Position numbers and translations under genes: made by a program | Shown: piece by piece, positions 1 through 9,295 of the stretch | How the letters are laid out: the number at the start of each line of letters is the position of its first letter | How positions within the stretch are numbered: position 1 is the first letter of the stretch | Assembly (NCBI GenBank): GCA_036267195.1 | Contig: DATAWM010000018.1 | Span: forward strand, 2,477 to 66,476 | Source of the DNA: Steroidobacteraceae bacterium | GTDB lineage: Bacteria; Pseudomonadota; Gammaproteobacteria; Steroidobacterales; Steroidobacteraceae | Direction of reading: 5' to 3' | DNA: 64,000 bases | Notes under the pieces: model-generated | What the model was told of the DNA's origin: nothing | Seen by the model: the letters and a program-made list of their open reading frames with translations, nothing else | The model's database searches: none

Positions 1-1262
1 GCGCCGATCAATGCCAGCCCCGGCAGCGTCGTGGGCAGGCGCGCGAGCACCGGCTCGACGTCGCCTGCCTTCAGCGCCAGCGCGGGTGGGCGCCGCGCCG
101 CCTCGCGCGCCGGTGCCCAGGCACCGATCGCCGCCGCGCCGGTGCCCAGCAGCGCGAACGCCAGCATCGGCCACGGGCGCACCGAGAAAGCGGCGCCGAG
201 GGTGGCGAGCTGGCGGTTGCCCAGGTTCGCGCCCAGGTAGTGCAGCACTGCGGTGGCGATCAGTACCCCGAGCACCAGCCCCAGCAGCGAGCCGACGACC
301 CCGATGGCGGCGCCCTCACCGAGCAGCGCGCGCTGCAGCTGCGAGCGGGTGACACCGAGTGCGCGCAGCAGCCCGAAGGCCACGCGCCGTCGCAGCACCG
401 ACAGCGACTGGGTCGCGAACACCAGGAAGGCCCCGGTCAGCAGCGCCACCAGCGCCAGCATGTTGAGATTGATCCGGTAGGCGCGGGTGGCCGTGACGGC
501 GCGGCCGTTCTCGATGCGCGGAGTCACGGCGATCACCCCGGCGGGTAGCATGGCGGCGAGGTGCGCTTGGAACGCGCGCAGATCGGTGCCGGGCCGCAGC
601 CGCAGGTCGATGCGATCGAGCGTGTCCGGATGCGCCAGCGTCCACTGGGCCGCGCCGATGTCCATGATGCCCAGTGCGCCGGCGTAGGCATCAGCCGGCA
701 GCACGTCGATGACGCGCAGGTTCCTGACATTGGCGCTCACCACCACCGGCAGCAGCGCCCCGCGCTGCAGTCCGAGCTGATCGGCGGCCGTGTGGCTGAG
801 CACGATGGCGTCGTGCGCGAACAGCCGGGTGACATCCGCGCCGAGCGCCCCGATCAGCGCGGGCTGCAGGGCGGCGGCCCGAAACGGATCCAGGCCCAGG
901 ATCTTCAGCGGCGCGCTCATCCCACCGGCGCGCGTGCCGCTCGTTGCCAGCGTCGCGTCGAGCTCGAGCAGCGGGCTGGCCTCCTCGACCGCCGGGTCGC
1001 GCGCGAGCTTCACGAACAGCTGCTGATCGAAGCCGGCCGGCGGCCCGCGTACGATCAGATCCGCGTCGCCGACCAGGCGGCGCGTGGCGCGGTCGAACTC
1101 GGACAGCGCCGCGGAGTTGATCAGGTACACGGCCGCACCGAGCGCGACCCCCAGAGCGATCGCCAACACGGTCGAGAGCGTGCGCAGCGGTTGCTCGCGC
1201 AGCTGCATCAGCGTGAGCACACGCCAGCTGACCCAGCCCGCACGGCTGTGCCGCTCCGTCAC
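1..1262 (-). CDS. ABC transporter permease, FtsX/MacB-type (partial; 3' part lies beyond the window start)
   Basis: The minus-strand frame is open from GTG at 1262 to the window edge. It is missing from the ORF track only because it has no in-window stop. The GTG overlaps the stop of the upstream ATPase (GTGA). My translation starts VTERHSRAGWVSWRVLTLMQLREQPLRTLSTVLAIALGVALG, a typical N-terminal TM helix of FtsX-family permeases that pair with MacB/LolD/YbbA-type ATPases. Confidence 0.7.
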   Translation of the reverse strand, partial: MTERHSRAGWVSWRVLTLMQLREQPLRTLSTVLAIALGVALGAAVYLINSAALSEFDRATRRLVGDADLIVRGPPAGFDQQLFVKLARDPAVEEASPLLELDATLATSGTRAGGMSAPLKILGLDPFRAAALQPALIGALGADVTRLFAHDAIVLSHTAADQLGLQRGALLPVVVSANVRNLRVIDVLPADAYAGALGIMDIGAAQWTLAHPDTLDRIDLRLRPGTDLRAFQAHLAAMLPAGVIAVTPRIENGRAVTATRAYRINLNMLALVALLTGAFLVFATQSLSVLRRRVAFGLLRALGVTRSQLQRALLGEGAAIGVVGSLLGLVLGVLIATAVLHYLGANLGNRQLATLGAAFSVRPWPMLAFALLGTGAAAIGAWAPAREAARRPPALALKAGDVEPVLARLPTTLPGLALIG

Positions 1263-2005
1263 GAGCGCAGCGCCGAGGCTGCGGCCGGCGCGGCGGCCGC
1301 CGCTGCCGGGAACAGCGCTGCCAGCCGCCCGCCCGTCAGTTGCAAAATGCGGTCGGCGCTCGCCGCCGCCGTCATCGAATGGGTGATCAGGATGGCACCG
1401 GCGCCGGTCGAGCGCAGCTGCTCGCGCAGCAGCTGCAGAATCTGCCCGGCGCTGCGTGCATCCAGGTTGCCGGTCGGCTCGTCCGCCAGCACCAGCCGCG
1501 GCTGGTGGACCAGCGCACGGGCGATCGCGATGCGTTGCAGCTCCCCGCCGGACAGCTCGCGCGGATAGCGCCCCGCCAGCGCGCCGATGCCGCAGTGCTC
1601 GAGGCACTCGCGCACACGCGTCTCGCGCTGCGGCCCTGCCACGCTGAGCAGATCGAGCGGCAGTGCCACGTTCTGCAGCACGGTCAGGTACGGCAGCACG
1701 TGAAAGGCCTGGAAGACGAACCCCATGTGCGCACGCCGCAGCAGCGTGCGCTGGTCATCGCCAAGGGCTGCCACCTCGGTGCCGTCGAGGCAGATGCTTC
1801 CGCTGTCGGGCTGGTCAAGCCCCGCGATCAGGTTCAACAGGGTCGACTTGCCGGCACCTGATTCCCCCATGATCGCGACGTACTCGCCGCCCTGTAACGT
1901 CAGGTTGAGCGCATCGAGCACCGGCGCCGTAGCGCCCGGATAGCGCTTGCACAGGGCTCGTACGGTCAGCAGCGCGCTCGAGGGGGCCAGCGGACGCGTC
2001 GACAC
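1259..2005 (-). CDS. ABC transporter ATP-binding protein (MacB/LolD/YbbA-like)
   Basis: Walker A GESGAGKST, signature LSGGELQR, Walker B LVLADEPT. I place the start at GTG 2005 (VSTRPLAPSS...), 4 nt after the mlaA stop. The track ORF start at 2107 would add a poly-Ala N-terminus made entirely from the (GCC)n repeat and would overlap mlaA. Confidence 0.9.
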   Translation of the reverse strand: MSTRPLAPSSALLTVRALCKRYPGATAPVLDALNLTLQGGEYVAIMGESGAGKSTLLNLIAGLDQPDSGSICLDGTEVAALGDDQRTLLRRAHMGFVFQAFHVLPYLTVLQNVALPLDLLSVAGPQRETRVRECLEHCGIGALAGRYPRELSGGELQRIAIARALVHQPRLVLADEPTGNLDARSAGQILQLLREQLRSTGAGAILITHSMTAAASADRILQLTGGRLAALFPAAAAAAPAAASALRS

Positions 2006-2009
2006 GGGC

Positions 2010-2870
<861 letters not shown>

Positions 2871-2947
2871 GGGCGTCAGTGTAGCAGCCGGGTTGCTGCA
2901 ACCGCGCGCGGGCAGGTGTCGGAAGAGGCCGGCGCCTTGGCCTGCGG

Positions 2948-4639
2948 TCAGCCGCCGTGGCCCTGCTGATCGCGCATCCAGCCGCGCACCTGCTGCAGGC
3001 GCGCGAGGAACCGCTCCCGCTGCACGTTCGACAGGTTCGGTACCGCCAGGGCGAGCTCGAGCTCCTGGTTGGCGAGCGCAAGCTGGCCGTTGGCGAGGTT
3101 GTACTCGCCCATGTAGTAGTAGGCGTCGCCGTTGTCGCCGGCGGCGCTGGCCGCCATCGCGGTGAGCTGGATCTGCGGTGGGGTCGGATCGACGTTGTTG
3201 AACAGGTCCAGCAGCAGCGAGTGCGCCTGGGCAGGCTGGCCGGTGTTCATCAGCGCCTCGGCATAATGGATCGTCAGCGGTACGTTGCGGGGGAACAGCT
3301 GCTCGGACAGGGCAAACTGCGCCAGCGCGGCAGCGTGCTCGCCGGCGGCGTCCAGCGCCTGCCCGAGCGCGGTGTACAGCAGGATCAACTCGGGGTAGTC
3401 GGTCTGCAGGCCGCGCAGCGTGGCCACGGCCCGCCTGGCCTCGGCGGCATTGCCGCTTTGGATCTGTACCAGTGTCTCGCCATAGCGCTCGGCCGGCGTC
3501 AGCGCCCGGCGGGTGCGCAGCTGCGCATAGTACTGGTCCACGCGCTCCCCGGGCTCGGCGCCCAGCACACGCACGCGCTCCTTGATGAAGGCATAGCTGA
3601 TCGACTCGGGGTAGGACTTGCGGCGTGGAAACTGCGCGGCACGCGCGCGCGCCGCGGCGATGCGCTCGGAGGTTACGGGGTGATCCTGCAGCAGCGGGAA
3701 TTCCTCGCCCTCCGGGCCGGCGGCGCGTGACACCGTCTCGAAGAAATTCGCCATCTCGTACGGATCGTAGCCCGCGGCGGCCAGCAGCTGGATGCCGACG
3801 TAGTCGGCTTCGATCTCCTGGCCGCGAGTGAAGTTGATGCTGCGCTGCATTTCCGTGGCCTGAGCCAGCGCGATCGCCCCCTCCATGGCCTCGCCGCTGT
3901 TGCCGCGGCCGCCGGCGGCCGCGCCGATCAGGATCGCCGCCAGCATCGCCGCGGTCGACGCCAGCGACATGTGGCTCTGCGCGAGCACGTCGCGGGCCAT
4001 GTGATGCTGTACGACGTGGCCGGTCTCGTGCGCCATCACCGAGGCGAGCTCGGCCTCGCTCTGGGTCTGCAGCATCAGGCCGGTGAAGATGTAGACGTTG
4101 CCGCCGAAGGTGGCGAACGAATTGAGCTCGTCGCTGCGCAGCGCGCGGTAATGAAAGTCCTGGCCGTCGTCATGCGCCTGGGAGGCGAGCCGCATACCGA
4201 GCTGCTGCAGGTAGTCGTCGGTCTCCGGATCCTCGAGCAGCAGGTTGGCATTGCGGATCTCGATCAGTTCGAGCTGGCCGATCTGGTAGTCATCGTTCGG
4301 CGTCACCGCGGCATTGGCAGGGCGCCCCAGGTCCGGGAGGCTGCCCATCAGCCCGGTGTCGGAGGAGACCGGGGCGGCCACGTCGGTCGTCTGCCCGGTG
4401 CCCAGGGTGTCCGGCACCGGCAGGGGCGGCGGGGCTGCCGGGGTGGCCGGGGAGCCCTGTCCTGCCGGACCGGACGGTCGCTGCGGATAGGGGTAGTACG
4501 GCGGTGGTGAGGCGGCAGCGCCCTGCGAGGGGGTCGCGCCCTGCGACGGGGACTGCGCCGCAACGCCGCCGGTGGCCGACGCCCAGGAGGCGCTCAGCAT
4601 CAGCAGGCAACCGGTCCAGGCGGCGAGGGTGCGATGCAT
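2948..4639 (-). CDS. bepA: M48 family metalloprotease with C-terminal TPR repeats (BepA/YfgC-like)
   Basis: Zinc motif MAHETGHVVQHH and a downstream E (GQEIEADY), followed by a TPR-like C-terminal half. Start chosen at ATG 4639 (MHRTLAAWTGCLLMLSASWA, a signal peptide) rather than the track start at 4738. There is a Pro-rich insert after the signal peptide. Confidence 0.85.
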   Translation of the reverse strand: MHRTLAAWTGCLLMLSASWASATGGVAAQSPSQGATPSQGAAASPPPYYPYPQRPSGPAGQGSPATPAAPPPLPVPDTLGTGQTTDVAAPVSSDTGLMGSLPDLGRPANAAVTPNDDYQIGQLELIEIRNANLLLEDPETDDYLQQLGMRLASQAHDDGQDFHYRALRSDELNSFATFGGNVYIFTGLMLQTQSEAELASVMAHETGHVVQHHMARDVLAQSHMSLASTAAMLAAILIGAAAGGRGNSGEAMEGAIALAQATEMQRSINFTRGQEIEADYVGIQLLAAAGYDPYEMANFFETVSRAAGPEGEEFPLLQDHPVTSERIAAARARAAQFPRRKSYPESISYAFIKERVRVLGAEPGERVDQYYAQLRTRRALTPAERYGETLVQIQSGNAAEARRAVATLRGLQTDYPELILLYTALGQALDAAGEHAAALAQFALSEQLFPRNVPLTIHYAEALMNTGQPAQAHSLLLDLFNNVDPTPPQIQLTAMAASAAGDNGDAYYYMGEYNLANGQLALANQELELALAVPNLSNVQRERFLARLQQVRGWMRDQQGHGG

Positions 4640-4756
4640 AGAGTGCTTCAACGCTTCAGCCCCGGATTTGACTGACCGGCTCGCCCCGGGTTCCCGGGCC
4701 GGGTGCGACAGGAAAACGGCAGGTCGCGGGGAGGCCATACCGCTGGGCCGCCTGCG

Positions 4757-6163
4757 CTACAGCGCCTCGGAGGCGAAGTCGGCCAGCCGGGAGCGCTCGC
4801 CGCGCACCAGGGTCACATGGCCGGAGTGCGCCCAGCCGCGGAAGCGGTTGACGACATAGGTCAGCCCGCAGGTGGTCTCGGTCAGGTAGGGCGTGTCGAT
4901 CTGCGCGATATTGCCCAGGCACACCACCTTGCTGCCCGGGCCGGCCCGCGTCACCAGCGCCTTCATCTGCTTGGGCGTCAGGTTCTGGGCCTCGTCCAGG
5001 ATGATGAAGCGGTTCAGGAAGGTGCGGCCGCGCATGAAGTTGAGCGAACGGATCTTGATGCGGTTGCGAAGCAGATCGTTGGTCGCGGCACGCCCCCAGC
5101 TGCCGCCTTCCTCGCTTTGCGTCAGAACCTCCAGATTATCCATCAAAGCACCCATCCAGGGCTCCATTTTTTCTTCCTCCGTGCCGGGCAGGAAACCGAT
5201 GTCCTCGCCCAGCGGCACGGTCACGCGGGTCATGATGATCTCGATGAAGCGGTTGCGCTCGAGCGTTTGCGCCAGCCCCGCGGCCAGTGCCAGCAGCGTC
5301 TTGCCGCTGCCGGCCGGCCCCAGCAGCGTGACGAAGTCGATCTGCGGATCGAGCAGCAGGTTCAGCGCGAAGCTCTGCTCGCGGTTGCGCGCGGTGATGC
5401 CCCAGACACTGTGCCGCTCGCTGCGAAAGTCGCGTGTCAGCTCCAGCTTGGCCGACTGCCCGTCCACCTCGCGCACCAGCGCCTCGATGCCCTGGGCACC
5501 GTCCTCGTGCACGAACAGGTTCGGCCACCACGACGCGACCATCGGTCCGCTGACCTGGTACCAGGTGCTCTCGGCATCCTTCCAGGAGCGCATGTCCTTG
5601 CCGTGCCGCTCCCAGAAATCGGCGCTGAGGGTCTCGACGCCGGTGTACAGCACGTCGGCGTCTTCGATGGTCCGGTCCGAGTAATAGTCCTCGGCGTGCA
5701 CGCCCAGAATCGCTGCCTTGATGCGCAGATTGATGTCCTTGGACACCAGCGTGACGCGCGTGCGGCTCTCCTGGCGCTGCAGTGCCAGGGTCTGGCCGAG
5801 AATCAGATTATCCGCACCGGTGCCGGGCAGCCCCTCGGGCAGTGCGCTCGACAGTGCGCGCGTCTGGAAGAACAGCCGGCCGCTCGGCGGCTTCTTGCCA
5901 TGGTTGCCGCTGTAGGCCGACGGAATCACCAGTCCCGCGTCGATCTGCTCCTTGACGACCTCGTGCATCATGTCATCGAGGAAGCGGCTGACCTGGCGGG
6001 CGTTGCGCGATGCCTCCGACAGGCCCTTCTTGTTGGCGTCGAGCTCCTCGAGCACCACCATCGGCAGGTAGATGTTGTGCTCCTCGAAACGGAAGATCGC
6101 GGTCGGGTCATGCATCAACACATTGGTGTCGAGCACGAACAGTCGGCGGGTCGCGGGCTTCAC
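4757..6163 (-). CDS. PIN domain + PhoH-like ATPase (PhoH2/YlaK-type)
   Basis: N-terminal PIN motif FVLDTNVLMHDP...VVLEELD. PhoH P-loop LLGPAGSGKTLLA and IILDEAQN. Start placed at GTG 6163, which overlaps the bcp stop (GTGA). The track start at 6331 would overlap bcp by about 170 nt. Confidence 0.85.
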   Translation of the reverse strand: MKPATRRLFVLDTNVLMHDPTAIFRFEEHNIYLPMVVLEELDANKKGLSEASRNARQVSRFLDDMMHEVVKEQIDAGLVIPSAYSGNHGKKPPSGRLFFQTRALSSALPEGLPGTGADNLILGQTLALQRQESRTRVTLVSKDINLRIKAAILGVHAEDYYSDRTIEDADVLYTGVETLSADFWERHGKDMRSWKDAESTWYQVSGPMVASWWPNLFVHEDGAQGIEALVREVDGQSAKLELTRDFRSERHSVWGITARNREQSFALNLLLDPQIDFVTLLGPAGSGKTLLALAAGLAQTLERNRFIEIIMTRVTVPLGEDIGFLPGTEEEKMEPWMGALMDNLEVLTQSEEGGSWGRAATNDLLRNRIKIRSLNFMRGRTFLNRFIILDEAQNLTPKQMKALVTRAGPGSKVVCLGNIAQIDTPYLTETTCGLTYVVNRFRGWAHSGHVTLVRGERSRLADFASEAL

Positions 6164-6678
6164 AGCGCCTTGGCTGCCTCGAGCACGCCGAGCGCGTGGC
6201 CTGCGACCTTCACCTTGCGCCAGCTGTTGCGTAAGACCCCCTCGGCGTCGAGCAGAAACGTGCTGCGCTCGATGCCGCGTGACACGCGGCCGTACAGGAG
6301 CTTGTCCCGGATGACGTCGAATTGCCGGCACACGTTTTCATCCTGATCCGACAGCAGCGGGAACGGGAAGGCCATTTTGTCACGGAATTTCTCGTGCGCG
6401 GCGATGCTGTCGCGCGAGATGCCGACGATGGCGGTGCCGGCACGCGCGAAGCGCGGTGCGAGTTCGGCGAACTCGCGACCTTCCTGGGTGCAGCCGGGGG
6501 TGTTGTCGCGCGGGTAGAAGTACAGCACGAGCTTGCGGCCGCGCGCGTCCGCAAGCCGCCAGCTGCCCCCGCCGGTGACCGGCAGCGAGAAGTCCGCCAC
6601 CGCCGCGCCGACTGCCACGGTGGCCACGGGGGTGGCGGGCGTGGCGGGGTTCGCGGCGGTGGCCTTGGACGCACTCAC
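6160..6678 (-). CDS. bcp: Thioredoxin-dependent thiol peroxidase (Bcp peroxiredoxin)
   Basis: Motif LYFYPRDNTPGCTQE with the peroxidatic Cys. Start at GTG 6678 overlaps the gcvR stop (GTGA). The upstream part of track ORF 6160..7125 is a shadow of gcvR. Confidence 0.9.
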   Translation of the reverse strand: MSASKATAANPATPATPVATVAVGAAVADFSLPVTGGGSWRLADARGRKLVLYFYPRDNTPGCTQEGREFAELAPRFARAGTAIVGISRDSIAAHEKFRDKMAFPFPLLSDQDENVCRQFDVIRDKLLYGRVSRGIERSTFLLDAEGVLRNSWRKVKVAGHALGVLEAAKAL

Positions 6679-7217
6679 GACTTCACCGGCTCGAGGATCG
6701 CATCGAGGTTGAGCGAATCGCAGAAGTCCATGAACTCCTCGCGCAGCTGCGCAATGTGCAGCTTGGTCGGCACCTGCACCACCATTTGCATGGCGAACAT
6801 CGGCGCCCCGGTGTGCGCCGCAGCATAGATGCGCGTCGATACCTCGCCGATATCGATGCCGCGGGCGGTGAAGAAACCGGCCAGGCCGGCCACGATCCCG
6901 GCCTGATCCAGGCTGACGATGTCGACCGAGTACGGCAGCATGTCGGGACGGGTGGGGCGCGGCTCGGTGCGTTTCACGTGCAGGATCAGCGCGCCGGTGT
7001 CCGCCAGGCGGGACAGTTCCGACTCGATGCGCGCCAGCGCATGCCAATTGCCGCTGACCAGCAGCAATATCGCGAATTCCGCCCCCAGCGCCGCCATGCG
7101 GCTTTCCGCGACGTTGCCCCCGCACTCGCTGATGATCTGCGTGAGATCACGCACCATGCCGGTACGGTCGCTACCGATGGCGGAGACGGCGAGGTGTTGT
7201 TTCATTGGGTCGGACAT
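6675..7217 (-). CDS. gcvR: Glycine cleavage system transcriptional repressor GcvR (tandem ACT domains)
   Basis: HLAVSAIGSDRTGMVRDLTQIISECGGNVAESRMAALGAEFAILLLVSGNW resembles the E. coli GcvR N-terminus. It lies upstream of bcp and divergent from dapA, as in E. coli. The start could be ATG 7217 or 7205. Confidence 0.8.
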   Translation of the reverse strand: MSDPMKQHLAVSAIGSDRTGMVRDLTQIISECGGNVAESRMAALGAEFAILLLVSGNWHALARIESELSRLADTGALILHVKRTEPRPTRPDMLPYSVDIVSLDQAGIVAGLAGFFTARGIDIGEVSTRIYAAAHTGAPMFAMQMVVQVPTKLHIAQLREEFMDFCDSLNLDAILEPVKS

Positions 7218-7360
7218 TGGGCAGTGGGGGCAGTGTACCGGGACTTGCCCGGCTTGCGAATGTGCCTGCACGGCAGGCTCGCGCGCGGCGGCTTGCACTG
7301 GGGTAGGTCGGCCCCGTAACATCGCCCGCCCTCAATCTCTGGCATCACCCATCGTCGCCT

Positions 7361-8299
7361 ATGTTTTCCGGCAGTCTGGTCGCGATCGTGACACCCATGC
7401 ACACGGACGGCAGCATCGACTGGCCGGGCTGGGAGCGTCTGCTGGCGATGCAGCTGGCGGCCGGCACCAGCGGCATCGTCGTGGGCGGCTCGACCGGCGA
7501 ATCGGTCACGCTCACCGAGGACGAGCTGATGCAGCTGCTCGTGCGTGCGCGCGCGCAGCTGGGCGGGCGCGCGGCGCTGATCGCCGGCGCCGGCACCAGC
7601 AGCACGGCCGCCACGGTGGAGCGGGCACGCCGGCTGTCCGCTGCCGGCGTCGATGGGCTGCTGGTGGTGACGCCCGCGTACAACAAGCCGACGCAGGAAG
7701 GGCTGTACCGTCACTTCGAGGCCGTGGCCGCCGCTGCCACCGTGCCGGTGCTGCTGTATAACGTGCCCGCACGCACCGCGGTGGACCTGCGGCCCGAGAC
7801 CGTCGAGCGGCTGGCGAAACTGCCGCGCATCGTCGCAGTCAAAGAAGCGGTCCCGTCGGTCGAGCGCGTGCGCGAACTGATCGGTGTCACCGGCGGGCAC
7901 TTCACCGTGCTGTCCGGGGACGATCCCACCTGTGCCGAGGCGATGTTGAATGGAGCGCGAGGAGTGATCTCAGTGACGGCCAATGTCGTGCCCGAGGCCA
8001 TGGCGCAGCTGTGCGCAGCGGCGCTGCGCGGCGATCGCGCAACCACCGTGCGCATCGATGCGGCGCTGTCGGAGCTGAATGAGGTGCTGTTCATCGAGCC
8101 CAATCCGATTCCGGTCAAGTGGGCCCTGGCCGACCAGGGGATCATCGGCGCAGGGGTGCGCCTGCCGCTCACGCCCCTCTCCGCGACGGAGCATGCGCGG
8201 GTGCGTGCCGGCCTGGAGCAGGCGCGCCGCCGGTTACAGGTACGGCTGGCCGAGCCCTCGCAGCAGGGCCCGGTCGTGAATCAGGCGAAGCTCGCGTGA
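7361..8299 (+). CDS. dapA: 4-hydroxy-tetrahydrodipicolinate synthase
   Basis: MFSGSLVAIVTPM...GIVVGGSTGE...YNKP...VKEA pattern of the DapA/NAL family. Synteny with gcvR-bcp supports the call. Confidence 0.95.
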   Translation: MFSGSLVAIVTPMHTDGSIDWPGWERLLAMQLAAGTSGIVVGGSTGESVTLTEDELMQLLVRARAQLGGRAALIAGAGTSSTAATVERARRLSAAGVDGLLVVTPAYNKPTQEGLYRHFEAVAAAATVPVLLYNVPARTAVDLRPETVERLAKLPRIVAVKEAVPSVERVRELIGVTGGHFTVLSGDDPTCAEAMLNGARGVISVTANVVPEAMAQLCAAALRGDRATTVRIDAALSELNEVLFIEPNPIPVKWALADQGIIGAGVRLPLTPLSATEHARVRAGLEQARRRLQVRLAEPSQQGPVVNQAKLA

Positions 8300-8637
8300 G
8301 GGCACGCGAGCCGCGCGCGCGCGCCGGCCTCGGCGCGCTGCTGACCTGCCTGTCGGTTGCCGTGCTGCTGTCGGGCTGCTCGGTCTTCCACCGCCACCGC
8401 AACGACGTGGGCTGCCACGAGCACCCATTCAGTGGGGACGCGCAGAACCTGCCGCCCTTGAAGGTGCCGCCGGGGCTGACCGCTCCGGACCGGACCGGGC
8501 AGATCAAGATGCCGCCGCTCGACGTGCCCGAGCCCCCGCATGCCGCCGACACGCCGTGCCTGGATCAGCCGCCCAAATACGTGAGCGAGCCACTGCGGCC
8601 GCCGGTGCGAGCGCCAGCGCAGCCGCCGACGCAGTAG
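8296..8637 (+). CDS. Small lipoprotein, possibly a minimal BamC/NlpB-like protein
   Basis: GTG 8296 overlaps the dapA stop (GTGA). Lipobox VLLSGC. The PPLKVPPGLTAP segment resembles the conserved N-terminal region of BamC, and the position downstream of dapA matches bamC in E. coli. It is only about 113 aa. Confidence 0.6.
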   Translation: MRAREPRARAGLGALLTCLSVAVLLSGCSVFHRHRNDVGCHEHPFSGDAQNLPPLKVPPGLTAPDRTGQIKMPPLDVPEPPHAADTPCLDQPPKYVSEPLRPPVRAPAQPPTQ

Positions 8638-8685
8638 AATCCGCCGCAGCGCTGAATGGCAGCGTCGAGCATTGCATCATCGAAC

Positions 8686-8777
8686 GGAGAGGTGGCCGAG
8701 CGGTCGAAGGCGCTGGACTGGAATTCCAGTAACATCTTCACGGGTGTTCGTGGGTTCGAATCCCACCCTCTCCGCCA
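8686..8777 (+). tRNA. tRNA-Ser (anticodon GGA), with encoded CCA
   Basis: Folded by hand. Acceptor stem GGAGAGG/CCTCTCC. Anticodon stem CTGGA/TCCAG with loop CTGGAAT. Long variable arm. T-arm GTGGG-TTCGAAT-CCCAC. Discriminator G followed by CCA. Confidence 0.95.
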
Positions 8778-8787
8778 ACAGTCGAGC

Positions 8788-8812
8788 GCCCGCTCTTAGC
8801 GGGCCTTTTGTT
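8788..8812 (+). terminator. Rho-independent terminator after tRNA-Ser
   Basis: GCCCGC-TCTTA-GCGGGC hairpin followed by CTTTTGTT. Confidence 0.75.
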
Positions 8813-8835
8813 ACCGAGGCACGCCTTTATCGTTG

Positions 8836-8947
8836 GGGTGGGATGAGAACCCACGAACAAGAACAACGATGGGATTCGACAGCCCGGCGAGCGAGCCGGG
8901 CTGGACGCCGAGGCGCGCAGCGCCGAGCAATCCCACCCTCGCCGCCA
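8836..8947. repeat. Fragments of the tRNA-Ser 3' half: one inverted, one direct
   Basis: 8836-8859 (GGGTGGGATGAGAACCCACGAACA) matches the reverse complement of the tRNA T-arm region TGTTCGTGGGTTCGAATCCCACCC at 22 of 24 positions. 8929-8947 (AATCCCACCCTCGCCGCCA) matches the tRNA 3' end AATCCCACCCTCTCCGCCA (8759-8777) at 18 of 19 positions. Confidence 0.8.
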
Positions 8948-9159
8948 CTTGCGGGGGCGCGCGGCGCTGCTGTCTGTCGCGCGCAGCGCATGCGTGCGCG
9001 GCAAATGCTCCGCCGTACGCCGTATCGCATTGGCGCCGCGCTAGGCAGTGAGGCATGGCCGGGAAATCGCCCACGGGTGATATGGTAGGATCATGACCAT
9101 CGAAGCGGTGGTGGTTTGGGCGACTGCCGAACCTGCTGCCAAATCTGGGAGTCACAGGT

Positions 9160-9280
9160 CTACGGTGATCCGCGCCGGTACCTTCGCGACGACCTACCGT
9201 GAACCCCGTCAGGCCCGGAAGGGAGCAGCGGTAACGGGACGGTCGGGTGCCGAAGATCACACTGGTGCGGATCACCTCCC
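9160..9280 (+). ncRNA. ffs: Signal recognition particle RNA (4.5S RNA); ends approximate
   Basis: Contains the conserved domain IV motif CCGTCAGGCCCGGAAGGGAGCAGCGG (compare GUCAGGUCCGGAAGGAAGCAGC in E. coli). The closing helix is GGTGATCCGCGCCGGT ... ACTGGTGCGGATCACC. The location just upstream of dnaX is common in bacteria. Confidence 0.85.
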
Positions 9281-9295
9281 GCCAATACCAACACG

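Noticed and set aside
561-1568. 335-aa plus-strand ORF.
   Set aside because: It is antisense to the ABC permease and ATPase genes. Its Arg/Ala/Gly-rich composition is typical of shadow ORFs in GC-rich DNA, and it has no motif.
4703-6346. 547-aa plus-strand ORF.
   Set aside because: It is exactly antisense to the PIN-PhoH gene, which has clear motifs. It is a shadow ORF.
6160-7125. 321-aa track ORF suggesting a long Bcp.
   Set aside because: Only the last approx 172 codons are peroxiredoxin-like. The upstream part overlaps gcvR out of frame. GTG 6678 with a GTGA overlap is the sensible start.
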